A stretch of DNA of 64,000 nt from Candidatus Bathyarchaeota archaeon. GTDB lineage: Archaea > Thermoproteota > Bathyarchaeia > Bathyarchaeales > Bathycorpusculaceae. The notes under the pieces are model-generated. The model was not told the origin of the DNA. It saw only the letters and a list, made by a program, of their open reading frames with translations, and made no database searches. The translations under genes were made by a program, and so were the position numbers. The DNA lies in contig CAVYXJ010000012.1 of NCBI GenBank assembly GCA_963772455.1, forward strand, positions 160,001 through 224,000, read 5' to 3'. Of the stretch, positions 63,445-64,000 are shown one piece after another (within the stretch, counting starts at the first letter, position 1; each line of letters begins with the position of its first letter).

Positions 63445-63507
63445 TTTAGGTGCTCGCCTACCCCCAGAATAGTGGAGAATGATGACGGCACAATTACTTT
63501 CGAATTA
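63445..63507 (+). repeat. TTTAGGTGCTCGC element, copy 3
   Basis: Most similar to copy 1, extending through GGCACAATTA. Confidence 0.7.
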
Positions 63508-63615
63508 CTTACCTTTTTTGAGAAATTGCGAACTCTCCGACTGCTTTTTGAATATACAAAAACTACAAAAAGATCATCAGCAAAACATATGCTCCCGAGT
63601 CAAGAAAGAATGAAA

Positions 63616-64000
63616 ATGCCTAAACGAGTTTATTTAGATACAAACGTTTACTGCAGACCCCTAGACGACCGAAGGGAAAGTCGCATTAGCACGCGAAAAC
63701 GAAGCCTTCTTAAAAATCGCAGAAGGCGCTGAAAGAGGAACAATAGAGATAGTAAGCTCTGACTATGTAAAGTTAGAAATCGAACAAATCAAGGACCCCT
63801 TAAAAAAGAAAAACATAAGGGGATTCGAGAGAGTCCTATGCAAAACCAACGTAGCCAGCAGTAAACGATTAATCGCCATAGCCAAAGAAATCAATGTGAA
63901 ATGCGCACTCAATTCTTTAGACGCCTTGCACTTGGCAGCAGCGTGTATAGGCAAAGCGAATTTCCTGCTAACCTGCGATGACGAAATTTTAGACAACGCT
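63616..64000 (+). CDS. vapC: PIN-domain protein (frameshift near 63692; truncated by window end)
   Basis: VYLDTNVYCRPLDD, then EAFLKI...LDALHLAAA...LLTCDD. Confidence 0.8.

Overview
AT-rich archaeal chromosome segment, most likely from Bathyarchaeia. This is inferred from the expanded PQQ-like beta-propeller surface-protein family, many membrane-anchored Ig-like proteins and archaeal TATA/BRE promoters. Contents: the 5' half of a PolB3-like DNA polymerase with degenerate exonuclease motifs; a TupABC tungstate transporter; two orphan PAS histidine kinases, one coupled to a solute-binding protein; a GT4 / alpha-alpha-toroid / CBS / GH130 glycan operon; a TrmB-like regulator; four paralogous ~850-aa PQQ-like propeller genes that share promoter, 5' hairpin and terminator architecture; a sulfite-oxidase-family Moco protein; a decayed CopB/YHS copper locus; a polysaccharide flippase; and about 8 toxin-antitoxin loci between 49.7 and 64 kb with truncated gene remnants at their junctions. 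No tRNA, rRNA, CRISPR array, transposase, integrase or reverse transcriptase was recognised. Many genes carry single-base frameshifts, probably partly long-read consensus errors. Best novelty candidates: a promoter-bearing rod-plus-pseudoknot ncRNA at ~8270-8400, a three-copy TTTAGGTGCTCGC...GGCACA element among the TA modules, mosaic and co-regulated PQQ-like surface genes, and a shared GGAACA-N3-TGTTCC operator. All calls were made by eye; no database searches or folding programs were run.
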